Below are positions 19,564 through 28,491 of a stretch of 64,000 bases of DNA, one piece after another. The stretch covers positions 11,171 to 75,170 of the forward strand of contig JBMORX010000002.1 of the NCBI GenBank assembly GCA_049322615.1, written 5' to 3'. Every line of letters starts with the position of its first letter. Within the stretch, counting starts at the first letter, position 1. A program made the translations under genes and the position numbers. Below the pieces are notes generated by a model. That model worked only from the letters and a program-made list of their open reading frames with translations. It ran no database searches and was not told the origin of the DNA. This stretch comes from Patescibacteria group bacterium. GTDB lineage: Bacteria; Patescibacteriota; Microgenomatia; CAYGWK01.

Positions 19564-20058
19564 CTAACGTGAAACTGCGTTAAGACTTTGATTAATTAAA
19601 GTGTCGGCAATTTTGTTTTGTCGCCGAGAAATTAAATGGTAAAAAATTTTTCTGTCAACTTTTTGTTCGAGAGCTCTTGTTTGAATAATTAAACTGCGCA
19701 GTTTTGCGTCTTTAATTTTAAAGCGACCGTTAAGTTGATTAACCACTAGTTGAGAATCTAAAAAGAAGTGGATTTGGGGTGAGGATGAGAGGTGTGAAGT
19801 GGGTTCTTTTTTCTCACTTCGCACTTCCTGACTCACTTCCCATTTCTCACCCCCACCCTTATAACCCGACCTACTGCTTACAACCCATCCCAATGCCTCA
19901 ATCACTGCCTGATATTCGGCGACGTTATTAGTCGTCTTACCAATCCTCTTTGAAAACTTATAAATAATCTTTCCATTTTCTAAAACCACAAAAGCAACAG
20001 CCCCAGGCCCTGGATTTCCCCGTGAACCTCCATCGCAATAAATTGAGATTTTTTTCAT
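19564..20058 (-). CDS. rnhA: Ribonuclease HI family protein with an in-frame repeat insertion
   Basis: DGGSRGNPG, TNNVAEY, DSQLVVNQ, N..AD. Confidence 0.92.
   Translation of the reverse strand: MKKISIYCDGGSRGNPGPGAVAFVVLENGKIIYKFSKRIGKTTNNVAEYQAVIEALGWVVSSRSGYKGGGEKWEVSQEVRSEKKEPTSHLSSSPQIHFFLDSQLVVNQLNGRFKIKDAKLRSLIIQTRALEQKVDRKIFYHLISRRQNKIADTLINQSLNAVSR
19775..19860 (-). mobile_element. Gene-less copy of both arms of the 48471-49007 four-helix cassette, in frame in rnhA
   Basis: Reverse complement gggtgagaaatgggaagtgagtcaggaagtgcgaagtgag matches the left arm; cccacttcacacctctcatcctcacccc matches the right arm. Confidence 0.75.
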
Positions 20059-20463
20059 TTAAAGTTCAGTAGAGAATTTTTCTAAACCCTTTTCAAACTC
20101 GACGTCCTTTTTGGAGATTTCTTTAATTGTTTTATCGTTAATTATTTTGAAATATCTGATTGGTTTGCCCCATCTTTTTACCAATTCAATTTCAGCCAGC
20201 ACGCCATCACTAATGGGACCAAAAATCCATAATTCATCAGAAATTCTAATTAAGTTATTGTTCGCTTTTCTCACTAAATCTCTATCAACTGTATCTGTAA
20301 TAAAATAATCAAAAATTCCAAACTGAGAAATTGGAGTGTATCCCTGCTCCAAAACAAATTTAACCGCATGTCTACTAAAATAAAACAAGTGCTTAGACAT
20401 GGCGATAAAAATAATCCTAGTTTTTCTAGTAAGATTTAGAGCTCTATGTTTAAATTTGCTCAT
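20059..20463 (-). CDS. Hypothetical protein (nucleoside 2-deoxyribosyltransferase-like fold)
   Basis: LI..SDELWIFG.ISDGV..EI.L....GKPI pattern. Confidence 0.55.
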   Translation of the reverse strand: MSKFKHRALNLTRKTRIIFIAMSKHLFYFSRHAVKFVLEQGYTPISQFGIFDYFITDTVDRDLVRKANNNLIRISDELWIFGPISDGVLAEIELVKRWGKPIRYFKIINDKTIKEISKKDVEFEKGLEKFSTEL

Positions 20464-20475
20464 AAGATTTGTTTT

Positions 20476-21774
20476 CTAAAAGATTTTACCACGAGTTTTA
20501 ATGATTTCAACCAGGGTTTTGGGGAAAGTAAAAGATGGTTTAAGGCTAAATTTCCGGGCTAAATAAGCACTGGTTAAAATTAAAACCAAACCTTCGGTGG
20601 CGATGGTAACGACAGCGGCAGCAATATACGAATAACGGGGAATAAAAACTAAATTAAGAACAACGTTCCAAACCAAAGCGATGATGGCAACTGCTAAAGA
20701 AACTTTTTGTTTTCCTAAAGCAATTAAAGAATAACCAGTCAAATGATTAAAATAGGCAAGAAAGGTGGCAAAAACCAAAATTCGCAAGGCGGTGATACTT
20801 TGGGAAAACTGGGGACCGCCAATAATGGCAATCACCAGTGGGGCAAAAATAAAAACTAAAAAAACCAGGATGGTTCCAGCCAGGAATAAGACATCAAATG
20901 ATTTTTTATAAATCAGTGTTAATCTGTCGCTTAATCCGCGCTCATCAGCATACTTAGAAATTATGGGAAAGAGAGCATTCATTAAATAAGCCGCTCCTAA
21001 TATCAAATTCTCATGAACCTTATAAGCCAAACCATAAATCCCCACTGGGGTTGAGCCCTTAAATCCTTGAAGAATGATGATATCAATTCGGTTGTAAATT
21101 GTAAAAAGCATAAGCAGGGCACCAGTTGGTAAAGATTCCCAAAAAATTTTTTTGATAAGTTTACTCTCAATTTTAAAATTAAAACTGGTCACTCTCCGGG
21201 CAAGAATTAACCCAAGGATAGCCGCTATTGTCGAAGAGAGAGTTAAACCAAAAAATATTATTTTTAAACTTAAAGAAAATTTTAAAATTAAAAGTAAAAA
21301 CAGTAAAAAAAGTCCGCTTGAAACAAGTTCTATCATGGCGATATTTTCAAAATGAAGTTTTGTTTGAAAAATAATGTTGCAAGAAGTTCGAATTGATAAA
21401 AAGAAAATCAAGGCTGAGGCTATTGTTGTCGGTAAAACCAGGGTTTCAAATTTGGGAACAAGACGAATTAGAAAATTAATAATTAAAAAAGAGACAGTCG
21501 CTAAAAACAAACGAAAAAGCAGGGCATTACCAAAAATTTTTTCTTCTTCGGTTTTACCTTTGGCTGCTTCTCTGACAGAAATCATCCCTGATCCCCAATC
21601 AGAGATCGAAACAAAAAGCATCACCAAGGCAAGAATAAAAACATAATTTCCGAAGCCTTCGGTTCCCAGGCTTCTAGTTAAAATGGCGGTGATTAGAATG
21701 GTAATAAAAACCACTCCAGCTCGACCCAAAATCTGGACGATGGTATTTAAGGCGACTCTTTGGAAGAGGTTCAT
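20476..21774 (-). CDS. Polysaccharide flippase (Wzx-like)
   Basis: About 12 TM helices, LG.EGFG.Y, IYNRID...L, VG.Y..AY, LNL.FIP.Y...AA. Confidence 0.88.
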   Translation of the reverse strand: MNLFQRVALNTIVQILGRAGVVFITILITAILTRSLGTEGFGNYVFILALVMLFVSISDWGSGMISVREAAKGKTEEEKIFGNALLFRLFLATVSFLIINFLIRLVPKFETLVLPTTIASALIFFLSIRTSCNIIFQTKLHFENIAMIELVSSGLFLLFLLLILKFSLSLKIIFFGLTLSSTIAAILGLILARRVTSFNFKIESKLIKKIFWESLPTGALLMLFTIYNRIDIIILQGFKGSTPVGIYGLAYKVHENLILGAAYLMNALFPIISKYADERGLSDRLTLIYKKSFDVLFLAGTILVFLVFIFAPLVIAIIGGPQFSQSITALRILVFATFLAYFNHLTGYSLIALGKQKVSLAVAIIALVWNVVLNLVFIPRYSYIAAAVVTIATEGLVLILTSAYLARKFSLKPSFTFPKTLVEIIKTRGKIF

Positions 21775-23093
21775 GATTTTATTTTACCCCAGGCTAGACC
21801 AAAAACAATTGTTGCCAAAAGTTGGTTTTGCTGGAGAGTAAGCCAATAATGATCAACCACTCCTGTCAATAAAATCGCCAGGAGTGGAATTACCAATTTC
21901 AAATTTCCAATTTCCAATAATTTTCTAAAAGTTAAAACCAAAAACCAGAGAAAAATTAAAAATCCTGCCATGCCAGTCTCAGCCAAAATTAAAAGATAGA
22001 TATTGTGAACTGGCTGAAGAAAGCGAATAGAGCCAGTTTGCCAATACTCTGGCAGGCGAACAACAAAATTATTCAAACCCACACCAGATAAAAGATTCTC
22101 TTTGATCATTAAAATAGCCACTTTAATTAATTGAAGTCGCAGGATTACTGGTTCGTCAGCGAGGAAACCAGGATTGAAAAACAAAACTAACCCAGTTAGC
22201 AAAAGCAAGACGGAAAAAGTAATTAGTAAATAGTAATTAGTAATTTGGGGGCTAATCTTCCGCTTCCTCCATATTCCATACGCCGTAAACCATAGGCCAG
22301 CCAGCAAACCCACTAGCCAGACAGAGTGCGAGAAAGAAAGGACTAGGGCTGAAAATCCTAGAATAAATACCAATGACCAATAGCTCTTAATTATCCAATC
22401 ATTTAATTGTCCAATTTCAAATTTCAAATTTGTTAATTTGTTGATTAGTTGATTAGTTGATTTGGAATTCCCGAGGAGCAAAATTAAAGCAACGAGGATA
22501 AATCCCGCTAGGGAATTCGGGTGAGAAAAAGTTCCGTATGGTCGCAAAAAGAGTCTTCCACCCAAATCGGCTAAAGCAATTCCTGGGGTCTGAACATTAA
22601 AACTTCGCTCGCCTAACCAGTAAAATATTCCCCCCAAAGAGGCTTGTTTAAAAAACTGGGCAAGAGCAATTAAAGAAGAGTAAATAATGGCTAAAGTAAT
22701 TGGTAATTTGTAATTAGTAATTAGGAGGTTGTTTTTGGCAACATATAATCCCAATAAACTAAATTCAGTAATTTTGACAAGTTTATAAAAAGCAGCACCT
22801 TGATTTTGAGCAAGAAGGGCATTAAACAGTAGAAAACAGAAAACAGAAAACAGAAAAATCAGGCTTTTTGAATTTTGCTTTGTAATTTTGATTTTTGATA
22901 TTTGATATTTGATTTTCTCTGCTATCCAAAACCCCAAAGTCAGAATCACTAAAATATCTGTCAAATAAATTGTCGGGCTCAAATAATCTACCCTTATCCC
23001 AAAAACCAAAGAAAAATCTGGCCAAAAATGTTTACCCAACTGGGTGGGTAAAAGAAGAATTAAAAACCAAAACAAAATTTCATGGAGTTTCAC
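21771..23093 (-). CDS. O-antigen ligase family protein
   Basis: RPYGTFSHPNSLAG, GVGLNNF, PVHNIYL.IL.ETG. Six repeat-derived segments. Confidence 0.88.
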   Translation of the reverse strand: MKLHEILFWFLILLLPTQLGKHFWPDFSLVFGIRVDYLSPTIYLTDILVILTLGFWIAEKIKYQISKIKITKQNSKSLIFLFSVFCFLLFNALLAQNQGAAFYKLVKITEFSLLGLYVAKNNLLITNYKLPITLAIIYSSLIALAQFFKQASLGGIFYWLGERSFNVQTPGIALADLGGRLFLRPYGTFSHPNSLAGFILVALILLLGNSKSTNQLINKLTNLKFEIGQLNDWIIKSYWSLVFILGFSALVLSFSHSVWLVGLLAGLWFTAYGIWRKRKISPQITNYYLLITFSVLLLLTGLVLFFNPGFLADEPVILRLQLIKVAILMIKENLLSGVGLNNFVVRLPEYWQTGSIRFLQPVHNIYLLILAETGMAGFLIFLWFLVLTFRKLLEIGNLKLVIPLLAILLTGVVDHYWLTLQQNQLLATIVFGLAWGKIKS

Positions 23094-23124
23094 GCTGAAA
23101 GCACCCTTTCAGGGCTTTTTAGGT

Positions 23125-23616
23125 TTACCCCGTCTTACGGGGTTTAACCACCAGCCGTCGATCTTTGCCTTCGCCTTCAGACTCGGAAATTACATCCGGA
23201 TGACCAGCTAAAACCAGATGGATTATTCTTCTTTCTCCACTTGAAAGTGGCGGTAAAACAACTGGTTCGCTTGAGAACTTTGCCCGCTGAGCCGCAGTTA
23301 AAGCCATTCGGCGCAAAGTTTCTTCTCGCCTCTCCCAATAATCTCCAATATTAACTATAACCCTTACCCATTCGCCAATTTTTTTGCTCACCATTATTCC
23401 TAAAATCAACTGGAGAGAAGAGATAGTTTCTCCGTGATAACCAATTAAAATTCCTGAGTCTTTGGTTTCAACCTGAACTTTAATTGCCTCGTTTTCTTTG
23501 TCTTCCTCAACCTCAATCTTAGCCTCTATTCCAAGTAATTTAATCAGTTTTTCTGTTAAATCTTTGGTTATTTTTAATGCGTTAGCATCAAGCTTGCTTA
23601 TTTTTTCATTTTTCAT
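23125..23616 (-). CDS. jag: Jag/EloR KH-R3H RNA-binding protein
   Basis: LIGYHGET..SLQ, ERRIIH, SESEGEG..R; position after yidC. Confidence 0.9.
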   Translation of the reverse strand: MKNEKISKLDANALKITKDLTEKLIKLLGIEAKIEVEEDKENEAIKVQVETKDSGILIGYHGETISSLQLILGIMVSKKIGEWVRVIVNIGDYWERREETLRRMALTAAQRAKFSSEPVVLPPLSSGERRIIHLVLAGHPDVISESEGEGKDRRLVVKPRKTG

Positions 23617-24418
23617 TTTTAACTTTTAATTTCGCCACCCAAGGCGACAGTCCTCCCCAACCGCTGGTGAAATACTGCTGAACAAGTTGAAAGGCGGAAA
23701 AAATAAACCAGTAAAGAATAAGCCCGGAAGGGAAAGTAAAACCAATCAGAATTGTCATCAAGGGAAAAAGGTAAAGCATCTGTGACTGCATCGCCGTGGC
23801 TACATCATCAGTTTTTTCTGGGGTTTTTTGCGCCTCTTTTTCTTCTTTTCGGAGAGCAGGTTGCATCATTTTTGAAGACAAAAATTGGGTTAGGGCGGCG
23901 AAAATTAAAAATATTCCAGGCAAAGGCAGCCCTTGGAAATGAAAAACATCAGGTTTTGAAAGGTCTAAATATAAAAAAGAAAGATTAATTTTTGTTTCCA
24001 GGGGTAAGCGTAGGGCTGGATACAAAATTTCATTAAGGCGAGAGATTATCTCAACCCCATTGGCGCGTAAAACTTGGGCAAAAGCCTGATATAAAGCAAT
24101 TAAAATTAAAAGTTGAATTATTTGGGGAAGACAGCCGGCGGCTGGATTTACCCCTTTTTGCCGGTATAGCTCCATCTGGGCTTGGGCAAATTTTTGTTTA
24201 TCTCCACCATGTCTCTTTTTAAGTTTCTCAATTTCCGGAGCTAGTTCTGCCATTTTTTTTGCCGCCTTAAGCGAGGGAGCCGTTAGGGGAATCAAAACTG
24301 CCCTAATTGCCAAGGTTAAAATTATTATCGCCACCCCCAAGTTTCCAAAGAATTTATAAAGGAGAATAAGCCCATTAACTAGGGGGTGGAATAAAAATAA
24401 ATTCCAAATTTCTGCCAT
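23606..24418 (-). CDS. yidC: Membrane protein insertase YidC
   Basis: GVAIIILT..IR..L.PL, NPAAGCLP.IIQ, PSGL.LYW. Start set at MAEIWN. Confidence 0.95.
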   Translation of the reverse strand: MAEIWNLFLFHPLVNGLILLYKFFGNLGVAIIILTLAIRAVLIPLTAPSLKAAKKMAELAPEIEKLKKRHGGDKQKFAQAQMELYRQKGVNPAAGCLPQIIQLLILIALYQAFAQVLRANGVEIISRLNEILYPALRLPLETKINLSFLYLDLSKPDVFHFQGLPLPGIFLIFAALTQFLSSKMMQPALRKEEKEAQKTPEKTDDVATAMQSQMLYLFPLMTILIGFTFPSGLILYWFIFSAFQLVQQYFTSGWGGLSPWVAKLKVKNEK

Positions 24419-24530
24419 AAAAATTTTAAATAGTAAATTGAAAATAGTAAATATACATAGCAAATTCAAAATCTTTTTCTTTTTGAATTTTTAAATGCAT
24501 TTTTGATATTTAATTTTTGCTATTTACTAT
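24418..24530. repeat. Intergenic inverted AT-rich 7-mer repeat (AATAGTA family)
   Basis: aatagtaaattgaaaatagtaaat ... tttttgctatttactatt. Related copies at 52141-52245 and 58348-58384. Confidence 0.6.
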
Positions 24531-24766
24531 TAATCAACCGGATCATATCCGCCCTTATTCCAGGGATGACATCTTAAGATTCTTTTTAACCCTAACCAAC
24601 TTCCCAAAAGTATACCATATTTTTCAATTGCCTGATAGCAATATTCAGAACATGAGGGCTGAAATCGACAAACCTTGTCAGTTAAAAAAAGAGCCTTGGC
24701 CAGACCGCAGTTGAAAGAAAGATATTTTTGATAAAAGCGAATTAAAGAAAGGAAAATCTTTTTCAT
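24530..24766 (-). CDS. yidD: Membrane protein insertion efficiency factor YidD
   Basis: [24 protein letters not shown]. Confidence 0.95.
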   Translation of the reverse strand: MKKIFLSLIRFYQKYLSFNCGLAKALFLTDKVCRFQPSCSEYCYQAIEKYGILLGSWLGLKRILRCHPWNKGGYDPVD

Positions 24767-25104
24767 TTAAACAAACCAGCTTTTTTAAAAATTTTCTCCA
24801 CCTCGCCAGAAATCTCCAAAAATGATTTGTCTAAGATTTCTCTTTTCCCTAAAATAATTATGTCGAATCCAGGTTTTGTGCGGAAGAGAATTTTTCTAAC
24901 TGCTTCCCGTAAAATTCGTTTAGTCCTATTTCTTAAAATTGCTTTTTTAGAAATTTTAGTTGAGATAATAAAGCCAAGTCTGGAAAAATTATTCCCGGTT
25001 TCTAAGACTAATGTTCCAAACCACTTCCCCTGAAATCTTTTACCTTTTTCTTTGACCAAATCAAAATCTTCTTTTTTGATTAAGCGGTTTATCTTAGGAA
25101 GCAT
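24763..25104 (-). CDS. rnpA: Ribonuclease P protein component
   Basis: [20 protein letters not shown]; synteny. Confidence 0.93.
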   Translation of the reverse strand: MLPKINRLIKKEDFDLVKEKGKRFQGKWFGTLVLETGNNFSRLGFIISTKISKKAILRNRTKRILREAVRKILFRTKPGFDIIILGKREILDKSFLEISGEVEKIFKKAGLFK

Positions 25105-25109
25105 AAATA

Positions 25110-25204
25110 AAACAAAATCCTAATATCTAAATCCTAAACAGTTTTGGAAAATTTGAATTTAGAATTTAAAATTTGTTTGGGATTTCGGATTTCGTGCTTA
25201 GAAT
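25110..25204. repeat. Intergenic inverted 7-mer repeat (AAATCCT family)
   Basis: aaatcctaatatctaaatcctaaaca ... tgtttgggatttcggatttcgtgcttagaattt. Confidence 0.6.
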
Positions 25205-25342
25205 TTATAATGAAATTCTTTTTCTCTTCTTCAATTTTCTTCTCTTCAAAACTTTTTTTCCACCACGCACTTTCATTCTCGCCCGAAATCCGTGCTTTCT
25301 TTTTCTTTTTAATTTTTTTGGCTGATAAGTTCTTTTCGGCAT
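25205..25342 (-). CDS. rpmH: 50S ribosomal protein bL34
   Basis: Hand translation [45 protein letters not shown]; below the ORF-track cutoff. Confidence 0.95.
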   Translation of the reverse strand: MPKRTYQPKKLKRKRKHGFRARMKVRGGKKVLKRRKLKKRKRISL

Positions 25343-25402
25343 ATGATTATAAAAATTATAACAATTATAAACATTATAACGCAAACTTTCCCTATTGACA
25401 AT

Positions 25403-25411
25403 TGTGGATAA
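25403..25411 (-). promoter_or_regulatory. Perfect DnaA box upstream of dnaA
   Basis: TGTGGATAA is the reverse complement of TTATCCACA. Confidence 0.8.
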
Positions 25412-25470
25412 TCTCGGTTATTATCATTTCAGGTTTTTTTCTCCTGCCCATCTCTGCACCATCCACTGTT

Positions 25471-26808
25471 ATGGATACTAAAAATCTTTGGCAGCAAGTC
25501 CAAGAAGAATTAAAAATTTCCGTCTCTAAGGCAATTTTTCAAACCCTCTTTCAAGGAACCTCTTTGGTCTCTTTAAAAAATAACGTCGCTACTATTGGTT
25601 GCCCCAGTTCTTATATCCAGGGGTTAATTGAGACAAGGTATTACAGCCTAATTAAAGATATTCTTGATAGAAAAACAAATAAAGACAACAGTTTAGTTTT
25701 TGTGGTTCGCTTGCTTTCAACTAATGAGAAAAAAAGCTTGGGTCCTCTTTTTGAAAAAGAAAAAGAGTTTGTTTCCTCTGTTTCAACCTGTGGTCTGCGA
25801 CCTGATTTTACTTTTGAAAATTTTTGTGTTTCTTCAGTTAACCAACTTCCCTATGCGGCGGCGACAGCGGTTGCCCGAAACCCTGGAGACGCTTATAACC
25901 CTCTGTTTCTCTGGGGAGGGGTTGGGGTTGGTAAAACTCATTTAATGCAAGCCATCGGGCACGAGATTTTAAAAAATCATCCTCAAACAAAAGTAATCTA
26001 TTGTATGGGAGAAGAATTTACCAACGAAATAATTCAGGCTATCCGCTTAAAAACGACTGATGTTTTTAAGAAAAAATATCGCTCAGCCCAAGTGTTGCTT
26101 TTGGACGATGTTCAGTTTATTGCTGGTAAAACCACGGTTCAAGAAGAGTTTTTCCACACCTTCAACGCAATTCAAAGAGAGGGCGGGCAAATTGTTTTAG
26201 TCTCAGACCGACCGCCAGAGGAAATCTCAAAACTTGAGGAAAGACTAAGATCAAGATTTGAAGGAGGACTAATTATTGACATTCCCGTTCCGGACTTTGA
26301 ACTAAGATCAGCCATTCTTTTGACTAAGGCAAAACAAAGAGGAATAAATTTACCAATGGATGTAGCCCAGATTGTTGCTTCAAACATTGACTCAACCAGA
26401 AAGTTGGAGGGGTTTTTGATTAGACTTCAAAACGAATCAGAAACTAAAAAAATCCCTATTTCTCCAGAACTTGTTCAATCTCTTTTGGGAAAGGCAATTG
26501 AAACCCAAGAATTAAAGAAAATTTTAAAACCAAAAGAAATAATTGAAATTGTCGCTAGCCATTTTAATCTCAAAATTGGTGACCTTAAAGGTCAAAAAAG
26601 AATAAAAAAATTTGTCTTCCCAAGACAAATTTCAATGTACATTCTCCGAACCGAGGCAAACCTACCCTTGATGACAATTGCCGAACTTTTGGGAGGAAGA
26701 GACCATACCACCATTATGCACGGTGTGGAAAAAATTACCAAACTACTTTCAGAGAATGAGGATTTGAGAGTGGATATTTCGGGGATTAAACAAAAATTAT
26801 ATTCTTAA
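25471..26808 (+). CDS. dnaA: Chromosomal replication initiator DnaA
   Basis: YNPLFLWGGVGVGKTHL, LLLDDVQF, RLRSRF.GG, GGRDHTT.MH. Start set at MDTKNLW. Confidence 0.98.
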   Translation: MDTKNLWQQVQEELKISVSKAIFQTLFQGTSLVSLKNNVATIGCPSSYIQGLIETRYYSLIKDILDRKTNKDNSLVFVVRLLSTNEKKSLGPLFEKEKEFVSSVSTCGLRPDFTFENFCVSSVNQLPYAAATAVARNPGDAYNPLFLWGGVGVGKTHLMQAIGHEILKNHPQTKVIYCMGEEFTNEIIQAIRLKTTDVFKKKYRSAQVLLLDDVQFIAGKTTVQEEFFHTFNAIQREGGQIVLVSDRPPEEISKLEERLRSRFEGGLIIDIPVPDFELRSAILLTKAKQRGINLPMDVAQIVASNIDSTRKLEGFLIRLQNESETKKIPISPELVQSLLGKAIETQELKKILKPKEIIEIVASHFNLKIGDLKGQKRIKKFVFPRQISMYILRTEANLPLMTIAELLGGRDHTTIMHGVEKITKLLSENEDLRVDISGIKQKLYS

Positions 26809-26992
26809 TTTTATGAAACTTTACACTTTTCCACAATTTACTTGCTTTTTTCAACAAATTTGTCCACACTTCGGCAAGCTCAGTGTAAACACAAAAATAA
26901 CCCAAAGACTATGAAGAAATCGCTTAATTTTTACACTTTTCAACAATTTCTACTACTATTGCTACTAATTAAAATATGGTAAAATTTAAGCA
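26809..26992. other. Putative replication origin oriC
   Basis: dnaA-dnaN spacer with DnaA-box variants TTTTCCACA, TTTTCAACA (twice) and TTGTCCACA, plus a DnaA-trio-like run ctactactattgctacta at ~26950-26967. Confidence 0.8.
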
Positions 26993-28108
26993 ATGAAAAT
27001 TTCGGTCTTGCAGGAAAATTTAAGTAAAGGGCTTTCAATTGTTTCAAGATCAGTCGCCTCAAAAGCAACTCTCCCAGTTTTGGGAAATATTTTACTCTCA
27101 ACAGACAAGGGAAGGCTAAAACTGCAAGGAACAAATTTAGAAACCGGAATTTCCCTTTTATGTGGAGCCAAAATTGAAGAAGAAGGAGAAATTACAATCC
27201 CTGCTCGGATTCTTGTAGAATTTGTTTCTTCTTTACCACCAGAGAAAATTGATCTTGAGACCTCTAAGACCACTCTTCGTATTTCCTCTGGTTTTTTTAA
27301 GGCAGAAATAAATGGAATTGCCTCAAGTGAATTTCCTAAAATTCCTTCTTTTCCAGATAAACCTGATTTAACTTTTGAGAAAGAAGAACTCATTAGGGCT
27401 TTATCTCAAGTTGACTTTGCCGCTGCTTCTGACGAGAGTCGGCCGGTCTTAACCGGTGTCTTGCTAAAAATTGAAAAAGAAAAAGTTTCCCTGGTGGCAA
27501 CAGACGGCTATCGTCTTTCCATAAAAAATCTGAAAGTAAAAGAACAGAAATTAGAAGGAAACCTTCTTGTTCCGGCGAAAACCCTGCTTGAAATCTGCCG
27601 AATTGCTCAAGAAGTTTCGGATGAGGAAAAAGAAATCAAGATGGCCCAAAATCCTGAAAAAAGCCAAGTGGTTTTTGACCTTGCCGATATTGAACTTTCT
27701 TCAAGACTCCTTGAAGGAGAATTTCCAGAGTTTGAGAAAATAATTCCTAGTACTTCTTCTACTAAGGCAGAGTTTGCTAAAGAAGAATTTTTGCGAGCAA
27801 TAAAAATTGCCTCAATCTTTGCCAGAGAGCAGGCAAACATTGTTAAGTTGAAAATTGGGGAAGGGAAAATGATTATTTCCGCCGAAAGCCCTCAAGTTGG
27901 TTCAAACCTTGGAGAAATTGAGGCTAAAACCGAAGGCGAAGAGCTTGAAATCGCCTTCAATTTTCGCTTTTTGCTTGACTTTTTAAATTCACCAATTGGC
28001 GAAGAAATTATTTTTGAAGCCTCAAGCCCTCTTTCCCCCGGAGTTTTTAAAATAAAAGGTGACGATTCTTTTCTTCACCTCATCATGCCGGTTCGGATTC
28101 AGGCTTAA
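26993..28108 (+). CDS. dnaN: DNA polymerase III beta clamp
   Basis: LPVLGNILL, RPVLTGV, VATDGYRL, SRLLEGEFP, LIMPVR. Confidence 0.98.
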   Translation: MKISVLQENLSKGLSIVSRSVASKATLPVLGNILLSTDKGRLKLQGTNLETGISLLCGAKIEEEGEITIPARILVEFVSSLPPEKIDLETSKTTLRISSGFFKAEINGIASSEFPKIPSFPDKPDLTFEKEELIRALSQVDFAAASDESRPVLTGVLLKIEKEKVSLVATDGYRLSIKNLKVKEQKLEGNLLVPAKTLLEICRIAQEVSDEEKEIKMAQNPEKSQVVFDLADIELSSRLLEGEFPEFEKIIPSTSSTKAEFAKEEFLRAIKIASIFAREQANIVKLKIGEGKMIISAESPQVGSNLGEIEAKTEGEELEIAFNFRFLLDFLNSPIGEEIIFEASSPLSPGVFKIKGDDSFLHLIMPVRIQA

Positions 28109-28491
28109 GGAGTTTTTGGGGCGACTCCTTTAGCCGACCCCCAAGAAATACTTGGATCTTTTGGGTCCATTCCCTGCAAGCGAAACCATTCTTCGACTTC
28201 AAGCTTATATTTTTCGAATGGGTTTTTAAGGATTAAGACTAAAAATTTTTGGGGGCGGGGCAAGTATTGAATGGTGTAGTTTTCGGTGATAATTGGCAAA
28301 AGGTTAATCACACCTTCTTTAGAGATTGTCGGGGTTATGACAGGGATAATAGTTGGCGTTGGAGTAGGTGTTGGCAAGACTTCGGGTGTTTCTTTTGGCT
28401 TTCCAATGAAAAATTTCCAAAAGACCAAAACCCCAACTAAAAAGGCGAGAAAGGCAATTAAAACTAATGTTTGGCGCTTATTGACTGGCAT
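28105..28491 (-). CDS. Small single-TM protein with PT linker
   Basis: Start set at MPVNKRQ, overlapping the upstream stop; last gene of the T4SS-like operon. Confidence 0.65.
   Translation of the reverse strand: MPVNKRQTLVLIAFLAFLVGVLVFWKFFIGKPKETPEVLPTPTPTPTIIPVITPTISKEGVINLLPIITENYTIQYLPRPQKFLVLILKNPFEKYKLEVEEWFRLQGMDPKDPSISWGSAKGVAPKTP

Noticed and set aside
24419-24469. Extended N-termini in the ORF track (yidC, dnaA, the 241-aa and 900-aa ORFs, comF, VanW)
   Set aside because: The extensions run through intergenic repeats or neighbouring genes. Downstream ATGs fit the family starts and promoter positions better.
28340-28376. PT-rich tracts (also ~14410-14455 and ~15920-15965) as members of the repeat families
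   Set aside because: They are codon-phase Pro/Thr linkers common in surface proteins, without 7-8-nt periodicity.
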